Assembly (NCBI GenBank): GCA_964404275.1
Contig: CAYOJH010000001.1
Coordinates: forward strand, 41,512-105,511
Source: an uncultured Gammaproteobacteria bacterium
GTDB lineage: Bacteria; Patescibacteriota; Patescibacteriia; SG8-24; DYFX01
Length of the DNA stretch: 64,000 bases
Direction of reading: 5' to 3'
Both the position numbers and the translations under genes were made by a program. The notes under the pieces are model-generated. The model was not told the DNA's origin. It worked only from the letters and a program-made list of their open reading frames with translations, and did not search any database. Shown here piece by piece: positions 27,132-35,252 of this stretch. The stretch's first letter is position 1, and each line of letters opens with the position of its first letter.

Positions 27132-27905
27132 ATGAAACGTTCCACGTTTTCTTTGCTCTTGGCCGCCGCGATTCTTGTGGTTGGAGGCCTGGCGCTCTGG
27201 TTCTTCCTGATCGCGCCGCGCCTCGGCCATCCTTCCAAGACGGGTCCGGCGACATCCACCGTCGAGGTCCCGCTCGCCCAGAAGCCGCGCAACGCCGCCC
27301 TCAACCTCTATCTCGCCGCTCCCGCCGCGCTGCCGACAAACGTGGTCCGGGCCGAACTGACGCTGGTCAAGGCGACGGTCACGGACGCAGACGGCCTCGA
27401 GGTCGCGTTCTTCGAGGGCAATCAGCGCGTCATGCTCCAGACCGATATCGTCGAAAAAACCTTGAGCGAGCGGATTCCCGCCGGACATTGGAACCGCCTG
27501 AAGCTCGAATTCTCCCCCGCCGCCGAACTGGCCATGAAGGACGAATCGGTCGAAGCGGTCCTGCTCGGAAAAAAGACGGCGACGTTCGCCTTTGACGCCA
27601 AGGTGCCGACGAGCGGCAGCCTGGCGCTCTTCGCCGCGCTGCCTTTGGAACGCGAAACGCTGGCGGCCGGCGGCGCGACCGTCGCGAACGTGTCGGACAA
27701 AGCGCAAACGGCCGAATCGTTCGTCTTCGGCGGCTTCCTGCTCGATCCGCGCGGCCGCGGCAACGTCTACACGTTGAAGAACGCGACACTCGCCTCCGTC
27801 ATCAAGAAAGACCTCGGCTTCGACATCACGCTGGTCAAAACCGGTTCCTCGGGCTTCACGCCCGCCGCCGGACAGCCGAGCGCGACGCCGCCGCCGACCA
27901 GGTAA
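27132..27905 (+). CDS. Hypothetical secreted/membrane-anchored protein (257 aa)
   Basis: N-terminal TM/signal (STFSLLLAAAILVVGGLALWFFLIA), beta-rich body. Divergent from metK. Confidence 0.5.
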   Translation: MKRSTFSLLLAAAILVVGGLALWFFLIAPRLGHPSKTGPATSTVEVPLAQKPRNAALNLYLAAPAALPTNVVRAELTLVKATVTDADGLEVAFFEGNQRVMLQTDIVEKTLSERIPAGHWNRLKLEFSPAAELAMKDESVEAVLLGKKTATFAFDAKVPTSGSLALFAALPLERETLAAGGATVANVSDKAQTAESFVFGGFLLDPRGRGNVYTLKNATLASVIKKDLGFDITLVKTGSSGFTPAAGQPSATPPPTR

Positions 27906-27910
27906 GCAAA

Positions 27911-27946
27911 AGAAAAACCCTGCACCGTACGGTGCAGGGGCGTTTT
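27911..27946 (-). terminator. Rho-independent terminator of the large 716-aa gene; may also act for the convergent plus-strand gene
   Basis: Hairpin ccctgcaccgtacggtgcaggg (27918-27939) with a plus-strand A-run at 27913-27917 (minus-strand T-run) and a weak plus-strand T-run after; stop of the large gene at 27945-27947. Confidence 0.55.
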
Positions 27947-30095
27947 ACCGCTTGAAGCCCTGCTGATCGAGGAAGTCATGGAACGGCTTTTCGCTGTCCC
28001 AGCGCCTCTCTTCGGGCTTGATCTTGTCGTTGCTGTAGAAGGTCGTCCGCGTACCGACGATCCGGCCGCTGATCGAATCGACTTCCAGCACGCCGAAGCC
28101 CTGGTCGACCGTCTTGAGCTTGCTGTGCTCGAACGGGCTGCCGTGCTTCATGGTGGGAATCTGGACGCAGATGCGCTGCCCCAGCTTCTGATCCCACTCT
28201 TCGACGACGACGGCCGTGTGGAAGTTGCCGATGACGACCACCGGACAATCCCGGTAGAGCATCAGCGACTTCTGCGCCGAGCTCGAGATGGTCTCGGAAC
28301 CGCCCATGTGCGGGTGGGTCATGCCCATCAGGAGGCCTGACGGAAGCGTGAACTTGCCGTCTCCGACCGTCTCGATGCGGCTCTCGACCAGGCGCATGAC
28401 CCGGTCGATCGACAGGCCCTTGGAGCCGAGGTGATCTTCGATCCACTGCGTGAGCAGCTCCACGATTTCATGCACCATCGTCACCAGGGGCTTCACGCCG
28501 CTCCGGCCGATCCAACCGCAGTGGTTGCCCGGCACGTAGCGGAACATCGGCAGCATCTGCCGGACCAGCTCCGCGATTTCCTCGCGCTTCTTCGGCGCGG
28601 ACGCCTTCAAAGCGGCGTCGAAGCGCGTCTGGAACACCTTGTGGAGCACGGTGGCGATCATGTGCGCCGCCAGCCGCTCCTGCCGGGTGTTGTCGAAGCC
28701 GAGAATGATCTCGTCCTTCATCATCATGTCGTGGGACGTGCCCTCGACGTGATCGCCGGCGCTGACCAGCATGTTCGCGCCTCGCTCGAGCATGACCCTC
28801 GGCACTTCCTCGCGGAAGTGCTTGTAGTCGGTGTCGCGCGAGCCGGCGTGCATGCAGCAGATGGCCACGACCACGTCCTTCTTCAGCTCGCCTTGCGGCG
28901 TGCCGTAGCGGAGGGAGCGTTGGACCCACTCGAGGTTGAAGTCCCAGCGATCGGACGGCTCGTCGTAGACGAGTCCGGACCAGGTCGCGTACCGCTTGTG
29001 GTCCTTGGTCGCGAGCAACTCCTTCAGCGTCTTGCGAACATCTTCCTTGTCGAGGCCGGTCTCGTCGGCGATGCGCCCGGTCGTCGAACGACCGTGATGG
29101 CGCAGCACTTCCAGACACGCCTTCTGCTTCGACGACGGATCCTGCGGCATGCCGATGAAGGTGCGCTCGCGGCTCAGCAGATCCTTGAAGGAGAAGCTGC
29201 GCATCGTCGGGTTGCGACGAACGTGCTCGATCTCCAGGACCTGGACGCCGACTTGCGTTTCGGCCACGCCGGTGTCGTCGAGACGATGCAGCGCGGGCAC
29301 GGCCACGAAGCCGATCGGCCAGTTGCCTTCGGGCTTCATGATCGAGACGCCGACCGAACCGACGACCTGGAAGTCCACGCGCACGCCCGACGACGTCTGG
29401 CGGCGCTTGTCCTTGATGCGGCGCTGGACCGGCGTCGAGTGATAATCGCCGCGGAGCCAGGCCTGCTTGTCGAGCGTCAGCGCTTCGAGGTTGCGCTCGT
29501 GCGGCTTGCCTTCCCAGAGCGGGAGACGGTCGCCGCCGGGCTTGAGCACCCGGAACTCGCCCTGCTTGCGCAGATCGGCGAGCTTCAGCGCGGTCTCTTC
29601 GCCCATTTCCTTGTCGTAGACGGGAGACGGGATGAAGTACAGCTTGATCGGCCGACCCTTGCCGTCCGTGAAACGCGGCAGCCACTCTTCGAGCGCCTCC
29701 GCCATCGCCTCGGGCGTGAGCGCGTCGATCTTCGCCTTGAGCTGCGCCATCTTGCGGTTCAGCTTGGCGAGCTCCTTCCGGAGCCGCTCGATCGCCTTGG
29801 CATTGACGGCGGTCTCGTCGCTGTTTTCCAGGACGTAGAGCTCGGTCGATACGGCCTTGGCCGACTTCGACGTCTCCTTCGACTGCTTGTGCAGCTTCGA
29901 GAGCTTGTCCTTGACGGCCTTGGCGGCGATGAGGCCGCCGGCCAGGATGACGAACGCGACGTCTTCGGCTTTGAAGCGTTCGGCGGCGAGCTCGAGGAGT
30001 CCCCGCCGAAAACCATCGCCTCCGAAATCGACGCGCGACATGAGTCCGATGCGGACCACCTTGTCGCCGTTACGGTCCTTGATGTTGTCCGACAT
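27945..30095 (-). CDS. Large hypothetical protein (716 aa): coiled-coil N-region, central winged-helix-like segment, C-terminal degenerate calcineurin/Mre11-like metallophosphoesterase domain
   Basis: ATG at 30093-30095 preceded by aggag at 7-nt spacing; the raw ORF M at 30116 is GTG. Motifs: N-terminal RIGLMSRVDFGGDG and VAFVILAGGL (degenerate MPE motifs I/II), a Lys-rich coiled coil at residues about 60-130, LEVLRHHGRSTTGRIADETGLDKEDVRKTLKEL (HTH/wH-like), then CCMHAGSRDTDY, SAGDHVEG, VPGNHCGW and VVIGNFHTAVVVEEW resembling MPE motifs II-V. Confidence 0.65.
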   Translation of the reverse strand: MSDNIKDRNGDKVVRIGLMSRVDFGGDGFRRGLLELAAERFKAEDVAFVILAGGLIAAKAVKDKLSKLHKQSKETSKSAKAVSTELYVLENSDETAVNAKAIERLRKELAKLNRKMAQLKAKIDALTPEAMAEALEEWLPRFTDGKGRPIKLYFIPSPVYDKEMGEETALKLADLRKQGEFRVLKPGGDRLPLWEGKPHERNLEALTLDKQAWLRGDYHSTPVQRRIKDKRRQTSSGVRVDFQVVGSVGVSIMKPEGNWPIGFVAVPALHRLDDTGVAETQVGVQVLEIEHVRRNPTMRSFSFKDLLSRERTFIGMPQDPSSKQKACLEVLRHHGRSTTGRIADETGLDKEDVRKTLKELLATKDHKRYATWSGLVYDEPSDRWDFNLEWVQRSLRYGTPQGELKKDVVVAICCMHAGSRDTDYKHFREEVPRVMLERGANMLVSAGDHVEGTSHDMMMKDEIILGFDNTRQERLAAHMIATVLHKVFQTRFDAALKASAPKKREEIAELVRQMLPMFRYVPGNHCGWIGRSGVKPLVTMVHEIVELLTQWIEDHLGSKGLSIDRVMRLVESRIETVGDGKFTLPSGLLMGMTHPHMGGSETISSSAQKSLMLYRDCPVVVIGNFHTAVVVEEWDQKLGQRICVQIPTMKHGSPFEHSKLKTVDQGFGVLEVDSISGRIVGTRTTFYSNDKIKPEERRWDSEKPFHDFLDQQGFKR

Positions 30096-30263
30096 GACGT
30101 ACTCCTGTTCCGGCACCGCCGGATGCGAACTTTTTTGTGGAAAGAGCGAGCGAACGAAAAGAACTCTTCTTACGAAGAGCCCTTCTCGAACACAAGGAAA
30201 TCGCCCTCTCCTTTTTCAACCATGACGTTCAGTGCAGCCATAGGCATTTCCTTATGCGCCTCT

Positions 30264-30291
30264 AGTATAGAGCCTCAGTCCCCCGGCACAA
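30264..30291 (-). promoter_or_regulatory. Putative sigma-70-type promoter for the large 716-aa gene, giving a leader of about 165 nt
   Basis: On the minus strand: TTGTGC (plus 30286-30291), a 16-nt spacer, then TATACT (plus 30264-30269). Confidence 0.3.
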
Positions 30292-30307
30292 CCCCGGTTA
30301 TCCACAT

Positions 30308-30331
30308 ACAAAAAATGGGCTAAACGCCCAT
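30308..30331 (-). terminator. Rho-independent terminator overlapping the stop codon of the CYTH gene
   Basis: Minus strand atgggcgtttagcccat (stem ATGGGC/GCCCAT, includes the TAG stop) followed by tttttt. Confidence 0.5.
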
Positions 30332-30853
30332 GAGTTTGAAGATCTGCTCCTTGTCGCTCTGCGGCCAATCGCCGAACGGATGCTGCGCCAGATTCTTGTT
30401 CTTGAAGCGCGCGTCCTTCGTGACTTCGCGGCCCAGCCAGGCCGGACGATGCTTGCGCTTCAATCCGTACTTCTTGCGCGGCGTCTCGAGCTCGGCGATC
30501 ACGAGGCCTTCGTTCTCGCCGCGGAAGAAATCGATTTCCCATTTCAGGCCGTCGAAGCCGGCCGGGATTTCGAAGCGTTCCTTCGTGATGATCGAGGCGA
30601 TCCTCGAGGCGTGCTCGCGCAGCCAGCGGCGTCCTTCCGCCAGCGGCATGCGGCCGAGCTCGACCTCGATGTTCTTGTCGCCTTTGAGTTCCAAGACGCC
30701 CTCGCTGCCGATGAGGCGGACCCGGATCTGAGGCGAAAGACAGAGGTAACCCTGTTCGAGTTCCTGTCCGTCCTTCAAAAGACCGCGCGGCATCTCGTTG
30801 ACGCGCACGAGGAATTTTTTTTCGTATTCCTTGCCGGGAACAAGCTGCGCCAT
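30320..30853 (-). CDS. CYTH-domain protein (CyaB/thiamine-triphosphatase family; triphosphate tunnel metalloenzyme)
   Basis: Start MAQLVPGKEYEKKFLV (the ExExK motif at the tunnel entrance), followed by RVRLIG, ELKGDK, ERFEIP and WEIDFF beta-strands with alternating charged residues typical of CYTH. 177 aa with a basic C-terminal tail. The upstream part of the raw ORF is rejected. Confidence 0.75.
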   Translation of the reverse strand: MAQLVPGKEYEKKFLVRVNEMPRGLLKDGQELEQGYLCLSPQIRVRLIGSEGVLELKGDKNIEVELGRMPLAEGRRWLREHASRIASIITKERFEIPAGFDGLKWEIDFFRGENEGLVIAELETPRKKYGLKRKHRPAWLGREVTKDARFKNKNLAQHPFGDWPQSDKEQIFKLMGV

Positions 30854-30880
30854 AGATGCCTCCGCCCGAAATCTAGCACA

Positions 30881-30908
30881 TTGACGAAAGACGTAAAGGG
30901 TGTATCGT
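30881..30908 (+). promoter_or_regulatory. Putative sigma-70-type promoter for the DHH gene in the CYTH-DHH divergent region
   Basis: TTGACG (30881-30886), a 16-nt spacer, then TATCGT (30903-30908). Downstream are a small hairpin gttccgagcggaac and GAGG 10 nt before the ATG at 30945. Confidence 0.3.
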
Positions 30909-30944
30909 GGCTTCGTTCCGAGCGGAACACGAGGTCTTTCATTC

Positions 30945-32048
30945 ATGTCCACGTACATCAGGGAGCTGGAGCTGAAGCCCCAGTCTCTCGATTCTTTCCG
31001 AACCTTCGTAAAAAATTGCGTCGAGCAGAAGGCGCACCTGGCGCTGATCATCGCCCAGATCGATCCCGACGGCGTCGCCTGCGCCAAGCTGATGAAGACC
31101 GTCTTCGAGTATCTCGGTCTCGAAGTGGCCGGCATCTACTACGCCGGCACCGTCGGCCATCGGCAGAACCACAAGATCTTCGACAAGTTCAACCTCTCGG
31201 GCGAGATCACGAAGATCGAGGAGATGCCGGAAGGCTGCCTGCACATGCTGATCGATTCGTCCAAGCTGCCCGACACGCGCCTGGCGAACACGAAGTTTTC
31301 GCTGGAGCATTTCGTCGGCTTCATCGACCACCACCACACCAACGGCAAGGTGCCCGACAAATCTCCGCGCGAACGCTTCATGTGGAACGCCCAGAGCGTG
31401 GCGGCCACGACCCTGGCGTGGATCTTGGCGAAGAAGCTCGAAGTGCCGATCGATGAAACGCTGGCGACCTTGGCGGCGATCGGCATCTATACCGATTCCA
31501 ACCGGCTGGCCTCCGAGTTCGTCAAGGACGAGGACGTCAAAGCCTACGCGCAGGCGCGAGAGCAGGGACAGACGGAGCTGTTCTCCAAGTGCTGCAACTA
31601 TCGCCTGACGAAGCGCTGCCGCCTGATCCTGGCGGAGGTGCTGACGAACTGCGAGGACATCGAGGAGTATCAGATCTCGCATCCGAGCACGCATCTCACC
31701 GAGGAGGACGGCGACGACATCTCGATCTACGCCGACCACCTCCACAAGTACGAAGGGTCGCACACGACCATCGTCTGGGGGCTGTGCGGCTCGGAGATCC
31801 GCTACTCGATCCGCAGCAACGGCGAGGGCGGCAACGTCAACGACGTGCTGCACCGCCTGTTCGGAAAAAGCACCGGCGGCACGAAGCAAGGCGCGGGCGG
31901 CGGACGCTTTCGCCTGCCCGAGCAGATCGCTCCGCTCGAGGAGAGCAGCGAAAAGTTCATCGCGTTCTTCGGCGCCCATCTGCTGCAAAAGCTGACCCAC
32001 CACGCCGGCGTCACGAACGCCGCGGACGGCGGCGCCAAAAAGCCCTAG
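30945..32048 (+). CDS. DHH/DHHA1-family phosphoesterase (NrnA/GdpP-like nanoRNase, pAp phosphatase or cyclic-nucleotide phosphodiesterase family)
   Basis: Motifs LALIIAQIDPDGVACA (DxD), FIDHHHTNG (the DHH motif) and a C-terminal DHHA1-like Gly-rich GAGGGRF. 367 aa. ATG at 30945. Confidence 0.7.
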   Translation: MSTYIRELELKPQSLDSFRTFVKNCVEQKAHLALIIAQIDPDGVACAKLMKTVFEYLGLEVAGIYYAGTVGHRQNHKIFDKFNLSGEITKIEEMPEGCLHMLIDSSKLPDTRLANTKFSLEHFVGFIDHHHTNGKVPDKSPRERFMWNAQSVAATTLAWILAKKLEVPIDETLATLAAIGIYTDSNRLASEFVKDEDVKAYAQAREQGQTELFSKCCNYRLTKRCRLILAEVLTNCEDIEEYQISHPSTHLTEEDGDDISIYADHLHKYEGSHTTIVWGLCGSEIRYSIRSNGEGGNVNDVLHRLFGKSTGGTKQGAGGGRFRLPEQIAPLEESSEKFIAFFGAHLLQKLTHHAGVTNAADGGAKKP

Positions 32049-32085
32049 GGACTCGTCCCGGGCTTTTTTTCTTTGTGAGGCCGGA

Positions 32086-34161
32086 TCAGTACTCGTCGAT
32101 GTTTTTCAACAGTCCTTTCCGCTGGATCGGATCGCCGCTCTCGTCGTAGGTGATGGTCGGCAGATCGTCGTAGGATTCTTCGATGCGGATCTCGTCGACC
32201 AGGCGTGGCGAAAGTTCCTGCAGGAATTCCGATTTCGGCTCGAACGAGAAGTCGCCGTAGCCGACGGAAATGGGATAGGTCAGCCAGAGGTCGCGTCGGG
32301 CGCGCGTGACCGCGACGTAAAAGAGGCGCCGCTCTTCTTCGAGGCCGGAACCCGCGTCCCCCTCCACCAGCGCGCGCTTGTTCGGAAAAGCGCCTTGCGT
32401 CATGTGGATGACGAAGACCGCGTCCCATTCGAGCCCTTTGGCCTGATGGATCGTCGAGAGCACGACTTTGCCTTCGCTCGTGTCGGTCGGCTGGAGGATG
32501 CGCGCGTTCTTGCCGGCCGCGGCGATATCGTCGCGGAGCGCGGCGTCGGCCAAGAAGGATTCGGCGTCCGGATACTGTTCGGCGAAACCGGCCAGCTGTT
32601 CGAGATCTTCCAAGCGGTCGCGATAATCCGGGTATTCGTTTTCGAGATAGACCTTGTATTCCGAATCGGCGACCGTGCGGAGCAAGGCCGAAGGCGACGG
32701 GCGCGCGTCGAGCACCGCGCCGAACGTTTTGAGAAAACTCCGCCAGCCGGAAGCGGCGCGGCTCGGCAAACCGATCGCCACCTCATCGCCGACGTCGTCG
32801 AGCGTCGGCAGCGCGCGGACGCGTTCGAGCAAGCGGACGGCCGTGGCCGGGCCAATGCCGACTTGGAGCGAGAGCACGCGCATCCAGGCGACTTCATCGT
32901 CCTTGTTGACCGTGATGCGCAAAAACGACAGCGCGTCCTTGATGTGCGCGCGGTCGAAGAATTTCATGCCGCCGCGGTAGTCGTACGGGATGCCGCGCTT
33001 CATCAATTCGAATTCGAGCGCTTGCGAATGGAAGGTCGCGCGGAAGAGTACGGCGACTTCGTCGAAGGGCGTGCCCTCGTCATGGAGTTCCAGGATGCGC
33101 TGGGCGATGAATTCCGCTTCCTGCGCGCCGGAGACGGCGTTCACGACGGAAGGCTTGGCGAACGAAGGCTTCACGCTCTTGAGCGCCTTCGGGAATTGCT
33201 CGATGTTCTTCGAAATCACGTCGTTGGCCAGCTCGAGGATTTCCGGCGTCGAGCGGTAGTTGGTTTCGAGACGAAAGGTTTTCGTGTTGGGGAACAGTTT
33301 CGGAAACGCCAAAATATTGCGGATGTCGGCGCCGCGGAACGAATAAATGGATTGCGCGTCGTCGCCGACCACGACCACGTTGCCGTGCACGGTCGCGAGC
33401 CGGCAGACGATCTCGGCTTGCACGCGGTTGGTGTCCTGATACTCGTCGACCAGGATGTAGCGGAACTGTTCCGCGTACCGCAGCCGCGACGCTTCGTCCT
33501 CGCGCAGCAGCTTGGCGGTCAGGAGCAAGAGATCGTCGAAATCGACCGCGTTCGAGGCGCGCTTCTTGGACATGTAGCGCGCGATCACGTCTTCGATGGC
33601 GGAGAGCTGATCGCGGAAAACGGGGTGCTTGGCTTCGACGACGTCCGGCACGGAAACGCCGGCATTGAAGGAAAAGGAGGCGAGGCTAAGCAGGACGGCC
33701 GGCGACGGAAAGCGCTTGGCTTTCGTATCGACGCCGATCTCGCGCACGCAGGCTTTCATCAAGTCTCTCGCGTCTTCCGCGTCCAAAATCGTGAAGCCCT
33801 CGCGCAAGCCGACGCGCGTTCCCCGCTCCCTCAAAATTCGATGGCAGACGTGGTGGAACGTGCCGCCCCAGAGGCGCGAGGGTTCCGCGCCGATCAGCTC
33901 GGCCACGCGTTCGCGCATTTCGCGCGCGGCTTTGTTGGTAAACGTTAAAAGCAGAATCTGCTCGGGCGCGACGCCTTTTTCCAAAAGATAGGCCACGCGA
34001 TAGACGATCGTGCGCGTCTTGCCGGAACCGGCGCCGGCCAAGACCAGGCACGGCCCGTCGCCGTTCACGACGACGTCGAGCTGCTCCTCGTTCAATTCCG
34101 CCGCGTAGTCGATGCGGAATTCGGGCGCGCCGCCGGATTTCTTGAGGACGTACGTCTTCAT
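32086..34161 (-). CDS. uvrD: ATP-dependent DNA helicase, UvrD/PcrA family
   Basis: LNEEQLDVVVNGDGPCLVLAGAGSGKTRTIVYRVAYLL (helicase motifs Q and I), TFTNKAAREMRER (motif Ia), VDEYQDTN (motif II) and further SF1 motifs through the C-terminus. 691 aa from MKTYVLKK. Confidence 0.85.
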   Translation of the reverse strand: MKTYVLKKSGGAPEFRIDYAAELNEEQLDVVVNGDGPCLVLAGAGSGKTRTIVYRVAYLLEKGVAPEQILLLTFTNKAAREMRERVAELIGAEPSRLWGGTFHHVCHRILRERGTRVGLREGFTILDAEDARDLMKACVREIGVDTKAKRFPSPAVLLSLASFSFNAGVSVPDVVEAKHPVFRDQLSAIEDVIARYMSKKRASNAVDFDDLLLLTAKLLREDEASRLRYAEQFRYILVDEYQDTNRVQAEIVCRLATVHGNVVVVGDDAQSIYSFRGADIRNILAFPKLFPNTKTFRLETNYRSTPEILELANDVISKNIEQFPKALKSVKPSFAKPSVVNAVSGAQEAEFIAQRILELHDEGTPFDEVAVLFRATFHSQALEFELMKRGIPYDYRGGMKFFDRAHIKDALSFLRITVNKDDEVAWMRVLSLQVGIGPATAVRLLERVRALPTLDDVGDEVAIGLPSRAASGWRSFLKTFGAVLDARPSPSALLRTVADSEYKVYLENEYPDYRDRLEDLEQLAGFAEQYPDAESFLADAALRDDIAAAGKNARILQPTDTSEGKVVLSTIHQAKGLEWDAVFVIHMTQGAFPNKRALVEGDAGSGLEEERRLFYVAVTRARRDLWLTYPISVGYGDFSFEPKSEFLQELSPRLVDEIRIEESYDDLPTITYDESGDPIQRKGLLKNIDEY

Positions 34162-34234
34162 GCCTCGCAGTCTAGCGGTCGGACGGCGAACAAGGCAAAT
34201 AAAAACGGCGGGAACCACCATTCCTGCCGCAGAG

Positions 34235-34534
34235 TCACTCTTCGCCGACGAGCTGTTTGTACTCCGTATGAAGGACCTTGGTAATCGCTTGGCGCTGCGC
34301 TGCGTTCGGCTTGCCATCCCCTTTGGCCCAGCCGTCCACATCGCGATCACGCCCATGCGGCAATCCTGCCGCGCGGGCAATCGGCCAGCGCATGGCCGGC
34401 GTCACTCCGAGCATGACGCCGATCATTTGGACGAAGTGGTCTTCGTCATCAGCAGGCCGCAGCTCTCTGAATACGCTGCGAAGCCGTGCTACAAGGTCGT
34501 CTCTCGTCCGGCTCTTCTCTCCGCGCTTCTCCAT
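34235..34534 (-). CDS. Small hypothetical protein (99 aa)
   Basis: ORF only; mid-GC; no motif. Confidence 0.35.
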   Translation of the reverse strand: MEKRGEKSRTRDDLVARLRSVFRELRPADDEDHFVQMIGVMLGVTPAMRWPIARAAGLPHGRDRDVDGWAKGDGKPNAAQRQAITKVLHTEYKQLVGEE

Positions 34535-34660
34535 GGTCTCGATCTCCTCCAGGTGGGGAAGGTCTCGTCGTCACAACCGCCGGGGAGCGGCAACGAGGAC
34601 CCTACGCAGAATGCGATTTTTCGTCAAGCCACGTCGGTCGCGCTTTGCGTGGCAAGGGAT

Positions 34661-34687
34661 AAAGAAAAAACCCCGATGAGATCGGGG
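34661..34687 (-). terminator. Rho-independent terminator after the 83-aa ORF
   Basis: Hairpin ccccgatgagatcgggg preceded on the plus strand by aaagaaaaaa (a T-run on the minus strand), directly after the stop at 34690-34692. Confidence 0.5.
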
Positions 34688-34689
34688 CG

Positions 34690-34941
34690 TCAGACGTTCT
34701 GGAAATAGCCGCGGATGATGGCGACGACTTCGCCGCAGGCGTCGGGCAGGTCGCGGCCGGCGCCCCAGCCCTTGATCGCCCGGTAGTCTTCCTTCCGGGC
34801 GCTGCGCAGCGTGACGACCACCCGCTTATCGAGGTCGATCGCGTTGCGGACGATGTCGCTGAAGCCGCGGTCGGAGCCGTCCCAGGCGTCGATCTGGCGA
34901 ATGAGATCTTCCTTGAGCCGCTTGAGCGCCTCGGCGTCCAT
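34690..34941 (-). CDS. Small hypothetical protein (83 aa)
   Basis: ORF followed by a clean terminator; abuts the 98-aa ORF (3-nt gap), suggesting co-transcription. Confidence 0.4.
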   Translation of the reverse strand: MDAEALKRLKEDLIRQIDAWDGSDRGFSDIVRNAIDLDKRVVVTLRSARKEDYRAIKGWGAGRDLPDACGEVVAIIRGYFQNV

Positions 34942-34943
34942 GG

Positions 34944-35240
34944 CTAAGGCCCTTTCAACAGGTCCGCGAAGTGCGTGCGGAGCATGCGGACGGCCTTGCG
35001 CCGCATGAGCGGGGCGGGGCTGACCGCGCCGCAGGCCCAGTTCGCGAAGAGGGTCATCTCGCCCTGCATGTACGTGCCGACGACGATCCCGCAGAGCGCG
35101 GTGTAGTGCTTCTTCTCGGGATCCGGAAGATCAAGCACGGCGGCGATCAGTTTGGAAAAATCGTCCGGACATTCGGCCGGACGGCCTTCCTCGAGCGCGT
35201 AACGGAGCTTCTGCGTCAGGTCGAGACTGCGTTCGGCCAT
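34944..35240 (-). CDS. Small hypothetical protein (98 aa)
   Basis: ORF co-directional with and immediately downstream of the CNNM/CBS gene; no motif. Confidence 0.4.
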   Translation of the reverse strand: MAERSLDLTQKLRYALEEGRPAECPDDFSKLIAAVLDLPDPEKKHYTALCGIVVGTYMQGEMTLFANWACGAVSPAPLMRRKAVRMLRTHFADLLKGP

Positions 35241-35252
35241 GCCGAACCTCCT

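Noticed and set aside
30096-30116. Longer N-terminal extension (MPEQEYV) of the 716-aa gene
   Set aside because: The upstream start is GTG at 30116 and the AGGAG Shine-Dalgarno is positioned for the ATG at 30095. The extension would place the RBS inside the coding region.
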